Shown piece after piece: positions 53,467 to 64,000 of a stretch of DNA of 64,000 bases. The notes under the pieces are model-generated. The model worked only from the letters and a program-made list of their open reading frames with translations. It was not told the origin of the DNA and did not search any database. Origin of the DNA: Macrostomum lignano (taxonomy: Eukaryota); contig NIVC01000246.1 in the NCBI GenBank assembly GCA_002269645.1, positions 1 through 64,000 on the forward strand, given 5' to 3'. The position numbers and the translations under genes are program-made. The first letter of the stretch is position 1; every line of letters starts with the position of its first letter.

Positions 53467-53900
53467 GTGTGCTTGTGCCAGAGTGCTTGTGCCAGTGTGC
53501 TTGTGCCAGAGTGCTTGTGCCAGAGTGCTTGTGCCAGTGTGCTTGTGCCAGTGTGCTTGTGCCAGAGTGCTTGTGCCAGAGTGCTTGTGCCAGAGTGCTT
53601 GTGCCAGAGTGCTTGTGCCAGAGTGCTTGTGCCAGTGTGCTTGTGCCAGAGTGCTTGTGCCAGTGTGCTTGTGCCAGTGTGCTTGTGCCAGAGTGCTTGT
53701 GCCAGTGTGCTTGTGCCAGTGTGCTTGTGCCAGTGTGCTTGTGCCAGAGTGCTTGTGCCAGAGTGCTTGTGCCAGAGTGCTTGTGCCAGAGTGCTTGTGC
53801 CAGTGTGCTTGTGCCAGTGTGCTTGTGCCTGTGTGCTTGTGCCAGTGTGCTTGTGCCAGTGTGCTTGTGCCTGTGTGCTTGTGCCAGAGTGCTTGTCCCA
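53467..53900 (+). repeat. 14-bp minisatellite GTGCTTGTGCCAG(A/T), about 31 units, starting at intron position +5
   Basis: Period of 14 (53471 to 53485). Confidence 0.96.
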
Positions 53901-54084
53901 GAGTGCCGGCACTGTTAAACAGCCGTCTAACACAGCAATTTAGTTGGCATTGCTTGTATTTGAGATTCGTTATGGAACTTTTTGCTCTACTGCTGCTTTT
54001 GTTGTCATGCCTTCTGCGCGTTTCAGTTCTGTGCGCTTTTGAGCTCTCGTTATTACTTTTAATATCTGCCTTCTTATCATCTGC

Positions 54085-54425
54085 TCTTACTCTTTCGCCT
54101 CTCCCCTCTCCTCTACTCTCCTCTCTCCTCTCCCTCCCCTCTCTCCTCCCTCTCCTCTCTCCTCTCTCCCATCTCTCCCCTCTCCCATCTCTACTCTCTC
54201 TCCCCTCCCCTCTCCTCTCTTCTCTCCCCTCTCCTCTCTCCTCTCTTCTCTCCCTCTCTCTTCTCTCCCCTCTCTCTTCTCTCCCCTCTCTCTTCTCTCC
54301 CCTCTCGATCCTCCTTCCTCTCTCATCTCTTCTCTCTCATCTCTTCTCTCTCCCCTCTCCTCTCTCCCCTCTCCTCTCTCCCCTCTCCTCTCTCCCCTCC
54401 CCTTTCCTCTCTTTTCTTCCCGTTC
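54085..54425 (+). repeat. Polypyrimidine (CT-only) low-complexity tract
   Basis: About 340 nt almost free of purines. Confidence 0.93.
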
Positions 54426-55639
54426 CTTCTTCTTTTCACTTGAAAAAGGTGTTTATTTTTTTAGTTTCTTCATAAAAAAATAGTCAATCCCAGCCCAGAT
54501 ACCGGGGCCTGTTGTTTTTTAAGCAGTGTCTGAAAAAAATAGGTTGAATTCCTTTCCTGAGCTGCTGGACTGGAATCTGTTCGATTTTCTTTTCTATTTC
54601 AATGACCTCTGGTTGGGTGAAAACCAGTCAAAGTCACCCTGTTGCCAGGGTGGGGGTCATTTTGTAGTAGCCCGCTGAGTGAGCACCTGCTCACAGTTCT
54701 GAGGTCGAGTCGGGCCGAGCCCCCGCGTGACCCGAAGTCTTTCACATCAAAGCCGCTCATTTCTCAGATTTTCTTCTCAATTTTCCGCAACCCCAAAATC
54801 CTGGGTGGCAACTCGGATTGCGCATTCCGGTCTCGTCTCAACGTTTTCCCCGCTTTCGCCTGACAACAGAAGTTGGCCTCCCAGCCAGCGGCTCCGGCGG
54901 TGACCCCGAGGGTCGGGACAGACTCGGAAGGCTAATAATCCGCTCTGCATGTCTCTTCAGCCTCGGCTTTTTTTAAACCTCCGCGGTTTCCATGCCCGCC
55001 TGCAGGCCCCGGCCTGCCCAGCCTCGACCCCCCCCCCACCGACTCACCTCGCGACCTAAACAGGCCAGCACCAAATTTTTTAATTACTGCCTTTTTTGTC
55101 TCATTATATTTCTCAGCTATCAAGCTTTAAAAAGGTTATAAGCTTGTTCATTTTTCATAATCGTAAGTTTTGAGTATGGATTTGAATAATTCAACTAGCT
55201 GGGCCTCCATTCTGTCTTCTTCTCCTACTTAGAATAGGTAGCGGCCACTTGGAATTTTTTGTTAACTTTTCGAGCAGCGAGAATTCCGTCTGTCCTCAGC
55301 TTGATTGCGCAATCATTATTCAAGTCAGATATTTTCTGAAACTCTGTCTTTAAGCTGTGTGACAGTGTCAAGTTGATGAGAATGCGCTAAAGTATTTGCA
55401 TAACTTAGTAGTTGATTTCAAGTGCTGCTTTGTCCAGCCGAGAGCAAGGGGTGTTAAAAATCTGTTTTTAATATTTACTTTTATGCATGAGCAAATTGGG
55501 AACGGCTGACAACACTTCAGTTGTGACTCGTGGGGTCCAGTGAGTGTGAGCTGAACAGGGGGGGGGGGTAAGATAACTTAACTGGAGAGGGAATAGATGA
55601 TAGTAGATTGGGAGATGTAGATATTAATGGATAGTGTTA

Positions 55640-56300
55640 GAGGTAGATAGAAAGAGGTAGAGTGGGAGAGGTAGATAGGAAGAGATAGAGTAGAGAGGTA
55701 GCTAGGAAGAGGTAGAGTGGGAGAGGTAGATAGGAAGAGATAGAGTAGAGAGGTAGCTAGGAAGAGGTAGAGTGGGAGAGGTAGATAGGAAGAGATAGAG
55801 TAGAGAGGTAGCTAGGAAGAGGTAGAGTGGGAGAGGTAGATAGGAAGAGATAGAGTAAAGAGGTAGCTAGGAAAAGGTAGAGTAGAAAGGTAGCTAGGAA
55901 GAGATAGAGTAGAGAGGTAGCTAGGAAGAGATAGAGTAGAGAGGTAGCTAGGAAGAGATAGAGTAGAGAGGTAGCTAGGAAGAGATAGAGTAGAGAGGTA
56001 GATAGGAAGAGGTAGAGTAGAGAGGTAGCTAGGAAGAGGTAGAGTGGGAGAGGTAGATAGGAAGAGATAGAGTAGAGAGGTAGCTAGGAAGAGATAGAGT
56101 AGAGAGGTAGCTAGGAAGAGGTAGAGTAGAGAGGTAGCTAGGAAGAGGTAGAGTAGAGAGGTAGCTAGGAAGAGGTAGAGTAGAGAGGTAGCTAGGAAGA
56201 GGTAGAGTGGGAGAGGTAGATAGGAAGAGATAGAGTAGAGAGGTAGCTAGGAAGAGATAGAGTAGAGAGGTAGCCAGGAAGAGAGAGTGGGAGAGGTAAC
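55640..56300 (+). repeat. 27-bp purine-rich minisatellite AGTAGAGAGGTAGCTAGGAAGAG(A/G)TAG
   Basis: Period of 27 (55921 to 55948). Confidence 0.93.
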
Positions 56301-56453
56301 GAATAAAATCTGAGGAATATTTTCAAGGCTTAGAAATTAAGAGACAAAGCAACAGATAGCAAAGATATCCCTGCATTAAAGGCTCAACCGGTCTCAAAGT
56401 AAAAATCATCCAGCAATCTCATTACTTCAGTTTCACCAAATTTCCTGCCCCAG

Positions 56454-56684
56454 GTGCCAGTCCAGCAGATCACGGCGGCCGATTTCGACGCCCTACTCAC
56501 CGAGCTCTTCTTTCGCGGCGGCGTCACCCGCGAGCGAGTTGTCGTGCTGTTCTTCTTCTGCTCCGATGTGGCCATCCGCGGCCTGCTGGAATTCGGCGTG
56601 AACTGGTTCCGCCGCCTCCTGGCCTGGTCGCTGGCCTTCGTGCGGCACCGCGTGGCCTGCTGGGTCACTCTGCAGGGAGGCTGG
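56454..56684 (+). CDS. Bcl-2-family protein exon 3 (BH1 and BH2); terminal TM exon not found in the window
   Basis: FDALLTELFFRGGVTRERVVVLFFFCSD (BH1-like) and FVRHRVACWVTLQGGW (BH2); the intron directly after GGW is the conserved Bcl-2-family position. Confidence 0.88.
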
Positions 56685-56719
56685 GTGAGTGAGGGGCAGA
56701 GGGGTTGAAGGAGAGATAG

Positions 56720-57745
56720 ATGAAAGAGAGCAGCAGAGATAAGAGAGAGGGGGAATCAGAGAGCGGCAGAGATAAGAGAGAGGGGGAATCAGAGAGCGGC
56801 AGAGATAAGAGAGGGGGAATCAGAGAGCGGCAGAGAAAAGAGAGGGGGGAATCAGAGAGCGGCAGAGATCAGAGAGAGGGGGAATCAGAGAGCGGCAGAG
56901 ATAAGAGAGGGGGGAATCAGAGAGCGGCAGAGATAAGAGAGGGGGGAATCAGAGAGCGGCAGAGATAAGAGAGGGAGGATCAGAGAGCGGCAGAGATCAG
57001 AGAGGGGGGAATCAGAGAGCGGCAGAGATAAGAGAGGGAGGAATCAGAGAGCGGCAGAGATAAGAGAGGGGGGAATCAGAGAGCGGCAGAGATAAGAGAG
57101 GGAGGATCAGAGAGCGGCAGAGATCAGAGAGGGGGGAATCAGAGAGCGGCAGAGATCAGAGAGGGGGAATCAGAGAGCGGCAGAGATCAGAGAGGGGGGA
57201 ATCAGAGAGCGGCAGAGATCAGAGAGGGGGGAATCAGAGAGCGGCAGAGATAAGAGAGGGGGGAATCAGAGAGCGGCAGAGATAAGAGAGAGGGGGAATC
57301 AGAGAGCGGCAGAGATAAGAGAGGGAGGATCAGAGAGCGGCAGAGATAAGAGAGAGGGGGATCAGAGAGCGGCAGAGATAAGAGAGGGGGAATCAGAGAG
57401 CGGCAGAGATAAGAGAGGGAGGATCAGAGAGCGGCAGAGATAAGAGAGAGGGAGGATCAGAGAGCGGCAGAGATAAGAGAGAGGGGGATCAGAGAGCGGC
57501 AGAGATAAGAGAGGGGGGAATCAGAGAGCGGCAGAGATAAGAGAGGGAGGATCAGAGAGCGGCAGAGATAAGAGAGGGAGGATCAGAGAGCGGCAGAGAT
57601 AAGAGAGGGAGGATCAGAGAGCGGCAGAGATAAGAGAGAGGGGGGATCAGAGAGCGGCAGAGATAAGAGAGAGGGGAATCAGAGAGCGGCGGAGATAAGA
57701 GAGGGGGAATCAGAGAGCGGCAGAGATAAGAGAGAGGGGAATCAG
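56720..57745 (+). repeat. 31-33-bp purine-rich minisatellite ATCAGAGAGCGGCAGAGATAAGAGAGGGGGGA
   Basis: Direct reading; begins about 35 nt after donor 56685. Confidence 0.95.
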
Positions 57746-59797
57746 GGAAAGCAGAGTCAGTAAGCCATGGAGTGAGGCGTGCCTCCTAGGGTTTGTAGGA
57801 GCGCAGAGGACCCGGGCGGGTATAAATTAAGCCAAAGCTAAGCATCTGGAAGCAATTGGCAGCTCGAAACACAGAATTTTGGGGAGCAGTTATTCAGCCT
57901 TTTCAAACTCAACTCAAACAACAAGTCGGTTGTGAAACTGCAGAGTGGGAGTCGGTGAAGCAAGGGACAGAGTGAGATCAATTAGAAAATAGTGGATTCT
58001 ACTTGAATTGCGCCCGAGTTTCGCTTTTTTGTTTCGTGTTTAATTTCTGACTTTTTGCTGCTTCTATTTGCAAGCGCGAGTAGAGCACTTGTTGCAGGTG
58101 GGCCGATTTTGAATTCCTCAGTTGGGTTGGGGGGATTTAATCCCATGATGAAGGAGGCTACGGGGATGGCGGCAACTCAAGCGGCGGAGTCTGGCACGCA
58201 AGCACTTCGATGGGGTTCGGGGAATCGCCCCGCAGGCATTTGGGAGATTAATCCCACAGTTAGCCACAGTAATTAGCAGGTTTTCAAGGGCCGGGTGGGG
58301 GCGGAGTTGAGCTGGAGGGCGGCTGAAGTATTTTGGGGAAATCACGGACTGCAGCAACAGTCTGTTATTATGCTGCCCGCAGCACAGCGTATGGCCACAG
58401 CCGAACTCTGCCCTCGGGGGCTTCAGGGGAGACGGGGCTCCTCATCCCCACCTCTATCTGATCAATTTTCGCCCACACTTGACCGCCCCCCGTCCCCCGC
58501 TTATCAGTTGAAACCCGAATTCCAAGTCTGTCGCTGTTTTAACAGAGAGAAGCCCCCCCCCCCTGCTCACCCGCCGAACTGCGCTTGCCTTATTTTTGGG
58601 GGCCAGGATCTTCAATTGCGTCATTCCCGGGGCTAATTCTTCAGCCTCGTCATCCTGTGGCTGTTTTCTGTTTTCTAAGAAATGTTTATCTAGGAATTTG
58701 CGCGAGCCCCACACTCGGCGGGGGGTCCATTGTAAATTGTCTTGAGCTCTGGTGGCGCCCGCAGCGCGCCTGTGGCCAGCAAGCTGTGTTGGTCATTTTA
58801 TCTCTATGGCAGATAATAAGCGCAATTATCCAATCAGATTTTTTATTGTCAAGTCCTATCTAAACAGATTAGAGTCGTAGAAAAAAAATATTTTTTTGAA
58901 ATCAGGTGTCAATTTTTTCACCTGCGTCTCTGTGTTGCCATGGAAGCGTTTTTTGTATATTAAATCTCTCGAGCTATTAATGATTCTGAGCCAGCAATTG
59001 TCGGCTTCATTTTGAGGACAATCGATGCCATTAATTGCCAAGCTCACCCGGGGAATTTTTTCCAAGATCCCAAAAATATGGCTCTTCTGGTGTAAGGTCA
59101 TAAATTTTTTATGCTCAAATTTCTCAGAAGAAAAGACAGCCACTTTTTATCGACTTTTGAGCATGGCAACTCCGACAGGCGGCTGGAGGCAGGGGGAGAG
59201 ACTGATTAATTCTAGCAAATGTTTGGGGATTCAGGGAGTGGGAGAAATGAGATAAGGGAGACCGTTTCCTGCCAGGCGGCCAACTATCTATAAAAAATCG
59301 GAGAGAAGAGTTTCAGAGAAATCCTCCGTGCCCGCAAGATTAGGGTTGGGTGAGAGAGTCGCTGCTTGGTTTAATTATCCCACAGCAGCAGCAATTTTCG
59401 GGTAGGGGAGGGGTTGAGACTCCGGCATCAAAATGAGAGGATTAGCCGGTCGGTCTGTAGCCGCCTGTTTGCTTGAAAATTATGATTTTCCTTGCCCTGT
59501 GAGCCGGTAAAATGCTAATAAAATGACTAAGGGGGGGGGGCGATGACAGGCGCCACTGCTATATTTCTACCCCCCAAAGATCCCAGAGTTGCCAGAGTGT
59601 CTAGATTTTCCCAGCAACAGTAAAAAGGATCAAGGCAAGTTTTTTTAGTCGCCCGCGGGTATTGAGCTGGCAGTCCGGATCGATAATTCTGGGTCTCAGC
59701 TTTATTTGGGAATAGCCAGCAGCTTCAACATTGAGGAGGGGATTTGGGCAGATGGGAGAAAAATTCGGCATAGAGGAAGTGGCTGGCGGAGACAGAG

Positions 59798-59799
<2 letters not shown>

Positions 59800-59845
<46 letters not shown>
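59800..59845 (+). repeat. (GA)n microsatellite
   Basis: Direct reading. Confidence 0.97.
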
Positions 59846-59850
<5 letters not shown>

Positions 59851-61074
59851 CATTCACTCCTAATTCATCCTCATTTCCACTTTGCCTCTATCAAACGCGA
59901 ACTGCCACATCTCTTTCCCCCTCAATGTGGGGAAATATCTGTCTGCGGCTCCGGCCACTCGAGTCCCCGAGATGATGGGATTAGCGGAGCAGCGTGCTTT
60001 TTTGTAAAAATAATTTCGCTTCTGCCGGGACAGGAAAATCTCTGGGGCATGGAGGGTCGGGGGGGATGAGAAAAAAAAGTCGACACGGAGAAAGATGAAG
60101 GAAGAAGGGAAAATGAAAACCAAAGAGGAGGAAGGCGCAACTAAATGTAGAAGATTATATTGGCATAATGTGTGTGTTTGAGCACTGCTCACTCTCTCAC
60201 ATGCCTGTCATCCCCCCGTGATAGCTTCTCCGAGTCCTTGCGTGACACCGCAGACCCAGGCTCCACACGGGCCAGACAGCATCATCATCTCTAACCCCTT
60301 CCCCTGGCCAGCCCCGCATTGCTTAAATCCTCCATCTCTCTTTCTATTCAATTCAATCTTCTGCCCCGCCTGCCTAAGAGCTGAGCTGGCTGAGGAGGGA
60401 GGGGATGAAGAGACTTGGGAAGCTGGGCACAAGGCAAAAAGAGAGAGAAATTAACCGCCAATATCTACTCTCGCACACAACAGGCTGTGCTGTGTCGGGC
60501 AGCGCCTCCCATGGGATCTCTCGGATGCAGTTAGCGGGGGGGGGAAGACAGAATGGCAAACAGAGCGGAAACGACAGCAACTCCAGATTCTGATGGGGAA
60601 GAAAGTTAAAGCCTGAGGATTTCTTCTCGGCCAGGAAAATTGCAGGGTGCCTGCGAACCGGACCGCAAAAAAGGGGAGACGTGACTGCTCGCACACGGAG
60701 AGGAAAATATCCCCTCACTCATTCTCCCCCCCCCCCCAACTGATTCCCTACTCCTGCTGCTTCATCGGGGGGGGGGTGATTTTTTTAGTCAAAGCTCGCC
60801 CGCCCGCTGCGCTCTTTGAGTAGCAATGGGAGATATTTTTATTGAAGGCCTCCCACAGTGTCGGGACTGGTTGAAATTGAATCCCCTGAGCCCCCCAGCC
60901 CCTAATTCTTGGCGGGCGCTATGATGGCTGTGTGCCCCCGGGATTGAGTTTCTCCCAATCTGGTCGGGCATTTTCTGACCCCGGCTGCTGCCGCCGCTGC
61001 CGCTCCTGTCTCTAACAATGGGGGGCGGGTGATGGCGGACCCATCGACTATTTGTGTACATCCTCCCGCCTAAC

Positions 61075-61300
61075 CTCTTGACAATCGAAGCCGTTATCAA
61101 TAAATCACAGATTGCAGCGCAGTCGCGGTGTTGCTTCAACAATTGCGGAAATCTGTTTCGAAACAATTTTGTATCGTCAGTAGAAATTATTTTTGCCAAT
61201 CTGTGCGTAGGTTTTCTGAGGCTGTTTATGATGAGATTTACGAGCGTAGGTGAGTATTTTTCGGCATATTTCAAAGGATCGTTACTAAGGATAATCCAAT
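61075..61300 (-). CDS. Candidate isolated exon of an unidentified gene
   Basis: Strong acceptor tttttctttacag (61301), donor AG|gttagg (61074), open frame WIILSNDPLKYAEKYSPTLVNLIINSLRK..LLITASIVKR. No family recognised and no partner exons found. Confidence 0.25.
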
Positions 61301-61431
61301 CTGTAAAGAAAAACCCCTTGGAAATGTAAATATAAAACAGGGACACACGTTGAAAGAAAATGCTTCAATCTTGAGCAAGTCGAAAGAATATTGAAGGAAG
61401 AGAGAGAGTCCGCAGAGTAGGGAGAGTCAGC

Positions 61432-61965
61432 AGAGGAGAGTCAGGGCAGGGAAGGGAGAGGAGAGTCAGGGCAGGGAAGTGAGAGGAGAGTCAGGGCAGG
61501 GAAGTGAGAGGAGAGTCAGGGCAGGGAAGAGAGAGGAGAGTCAGGGCAGGGAAGTGAGAGGAGAGTCAGGGCAGGGAAGTGAGAGGAGAGTCAGGGCAGG
61601 GAAGAGAGAGGAGAGTCAGGGCAGGGAAGTGAGAGGAGAGTCAGGGCAGGGAAGTGAGAGGAGAGTCAGGGCAGGGAAGTGAGAGGAGAGTCAGGGCAGG
61701 GAAGTGAGAGGAGAGTCAGGGCAGGGAAGAGAGAGGAGAGTCAGGGCAGGCAAGTGAGAGGAGAGTCAGGGCAGGGAAGTGAGAGGAGAGTCAGGGCAGG
61801 GAAGAGAGAGGAGAGTCAGGGCAGGGAAGAGAGAGGAGAGTCAGGGCAAGGAAGAAAGAGAAGAGTCAGGGCAGGGAAGAGAGAGGAGAGTCAGGGCAAG
61901 GAAGAAAGAGGAGAGTCAGGGCAGGGAAGAGAGAGGAGAGTCAGGGCAGGGAAGTGAGAGGAGAG
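61432..61965 (+). repeat. 25-bp purine-rich minisatellite GAGAGGAGAGTCAGGGCAGGGAAG(T/A), about 21 units
   Basis: Direct reading. Confidence 0.95.
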
Positions 61966-63274
61966 TGGAAGAGAGTGGCACTGTGGTCAATAGATGAAAG
62001 TGGCACAAGCCGCATGCCGCAGACAAAGCCCAGCGGCAGTGAAAGGCCATACGAGTACTAGACATTGGCACACAATAGCATTGAAGTGCCATGAAGACAG
62101 CAGGTGACACAGGAGCGCTGGCCACAAGTCATCCTGTTGTCTCACACTGCCTGGTCAGCCAGCTTCTCCCTGGAGAGTCTTCCACCGTCGCGTGTGCAAC
62201 ACCCCTACCTGTTTAACGGCAATTCGCCTGCCCTCCCTTGTTGCGTTGCGTCACACGGGCACTCCGGATGTGAAACTCTGAGCGCGTCACCTCAGTTCCC
62301 GTCTATCCAGCTGAGATTGCGTCACCAACCCTTCCTGGCTGTTTGTCAGCTTTAAACAAACTCTCCCATGGAAGGCGTTGCGCCATAGCTGCACTCGAAT
62401 TCGCTGGCTCGCTCAATAGGGCCGGGGATGTAGGTCAATAGCTTAACTCCCGCAAACGTCATTTTCACTTTTCCCCATTCTGTCTGTCTTCCTCTCTTCT
62501 CTCTCTCTCTGTCGCTTACTTGTAAAGTCGGCAATTAACAGCCAAATACTCCAACTGGGAGGAGGAGGCCTCAGCCCTGTGTGCTCGCGTGTGCCAAGCT
62601 CGTAATCCCACTGTTGAAGTGGGCACTCTTTGTTAATCTGTTCTGTTTGAGATTCTTATAGCATCTACTGATGGGAAGATTTCTTTCGGTGCACGGCTAG
62701 CAGTGTGGTGTCGATGGGGATTATCTAAGTTAGTCAGTCAGTCATCCTGCTAAAAAACTCATTGATAACCTAATTAAGGACCTCAGCGCGTGTTCAGACC
62801 GGGCGCCGCTCTCATTAACAATGTTTTCCTTTGCTTCTAATCTGTCTTTCTTTAGAGGCCTACTATTGTCTTCTGCTTTTAGAAGCAAATTATCGCCTAT
62901 AATAGAATTCTTTTTAGTATCCCGGGCGACACGTGGTCAATGGGGGAGAATGGGGAGAAAAATCCTTTCTGGTAGATAGCTGTTGAGTTTCGGTTGGAAT
63001 CCCAAAGCCTCCCATTTGAAGATTTTTCTTGCGGCTTAAAAACCCAGGGATTGGCTGCCTGGGGATTTCTGTGCGATGCTCAAAGCATTCGCTTGACTTC
63101 CCCCTTTTCTAGTTGGGAACCGGCAGATGCCGCAGTCGGATAGGCGGAGACAAAGTCTAGGCGGGGGATTAGCAAGTCCAGTGGGATTATTGTCCCACCG
63201 ATTCCCAGACTCCCAACTCCTTCAAGGGTCGTCTGGCACACCTCACTTTTGCTTCGCGTGTCTCGGTGGAATAG

Positions 63275-64000
63275 AATGGAGTTGACCTGAAATAGAATTG
63301 AAATAGAATGGAGTTGACCTGAAATAGAATTGAAATAGAATGGAGTTGACCTGAAATAGAATTGAAATAGAATGGAGTTGACCTGAAATAGAATTGAAAT
63401 AGAATGGAGTTGACCTGAAATAGAATTGAAATAGAATGGAGTTGACCTGAAATAGAATTGAAATAGAATGGAGTTGACCTGAAATAGAATTGAAATAGAA
63501 TGGAGTTGACCTGAAATAGAATTGAAATAGAATGGAGTTGACCTGAAATAGAATTGAAATAGAATCGGAGTAGAACTAAAATAAAATGAAAAAGAACTGA
63601 GATAAAATAGAGTAGAACAGGAATAGAATGGAATAAAATAGAGTAGAACAGGAATAGAATGGAATAAAATCGAGTAGAACTGGAATAGAATGGAATAAAA
63701 TCGAGTAGAACTGGAATAGAATGGAGTAAAATCGAGTAGAACTGGAATAGAATGGAGTAAAATCGAGTAGAACTGGAATAGAATGGAGTAGAACTGGAAT
63801 AGAATGGAATAAAATCGAGTAGAACTGGAATATAATGGAGTAGAAGTGGAATAGAATCGAGTAGAACTGAAATAGAATCGAATAGAACTGGAATACAACC
63901 GAGTAGAACTGGAATAGTATGGAGTATAACTGGAATAGAACCGAGTAGAACTGGAATAGTATGGAGTAGAACTGGAATAGAATCGAGTAGAACTGAAATA
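63275..64000 (+). repeat. 32-bp repeat GAAATAGAATTGAAATAGAATGGAGTTGACCT (to about 63560) grading into GAATAGAAT/GAGTAGAACT pentamer-based repeats to the window end
   Basis: Period of 32 (63301 to 63333); accounts for ORF 63080..63898. Confidence 0.93.

Noticed and set aside
53328-54475. 367-aa and other Cys-rich ORFs overlapping Bcl-2 intron 2
   Set aside because: Produced by the stop-free 14-bp repeat and CT tract, downstream of a clear splice donor at 53463.
63080-63898. 272-aa minus-strand ORF; likewise 34657..35277 and the ORFs in 9854-13276 and 26568-27815
   Set aside because: Derived from tandem repeats; no family motifs.

Overview
This is eukaryotic (metazoan) genomic DNA, not prokaryotic: spliceosomal GT-AG introns, GC-rich exons, and introns packed with private minisatellites. 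The style suggests the flatworm Macrostomum lignano or a relative, but that is inference only. Genes reconstructed by hand-splicing: (1) the 5' part of an inner-arm axonemal dynein heavy chain, DNAH12-like (minus, 1-5733, 9 exons, many 1-nt deletions); (2) a FAM174-family membrane protein (plus, ~6265-6503 + 16415-16580), whose 9.9-kb intron holds a Mutator-type MITE, a second TIR element, a satellite-carrying Helitron-like element and a decayed Gypsy gag; (3) ZNF330/NOA36 (plus, 22960-23476 + 35382-35791); (4) HENMT1/HEN1 small-RNA 2'-O-methyltransferase (plus, 41134-41341 + 41552-43579), with a 10-aa tandem repeat inside the methyltransferase fold; (5) a multidomain Bcl-2-family gene (plus, 52697-53085, 53345-53462, 56454-56684, last exon not found). 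There is also one candidate orphan gene (minus, 16918-22341). About 20 tandem arrays fill roughly a third of the window. The most unusual feature is at 14140-14400, just upstream of the gag: a 59-bp tandem array of LTR-end-like sequence plus tRNA-Leu primer-binding sites. Three upstream copies span exactly the 18 nt a reverse transcriptase copies from tRNA-Leu before m1A58 (two perfect, one with a single mismatch), while the gag-proximal site is only 11 nt. No CRISPR array, rRNA or intact tRNA gene was found.
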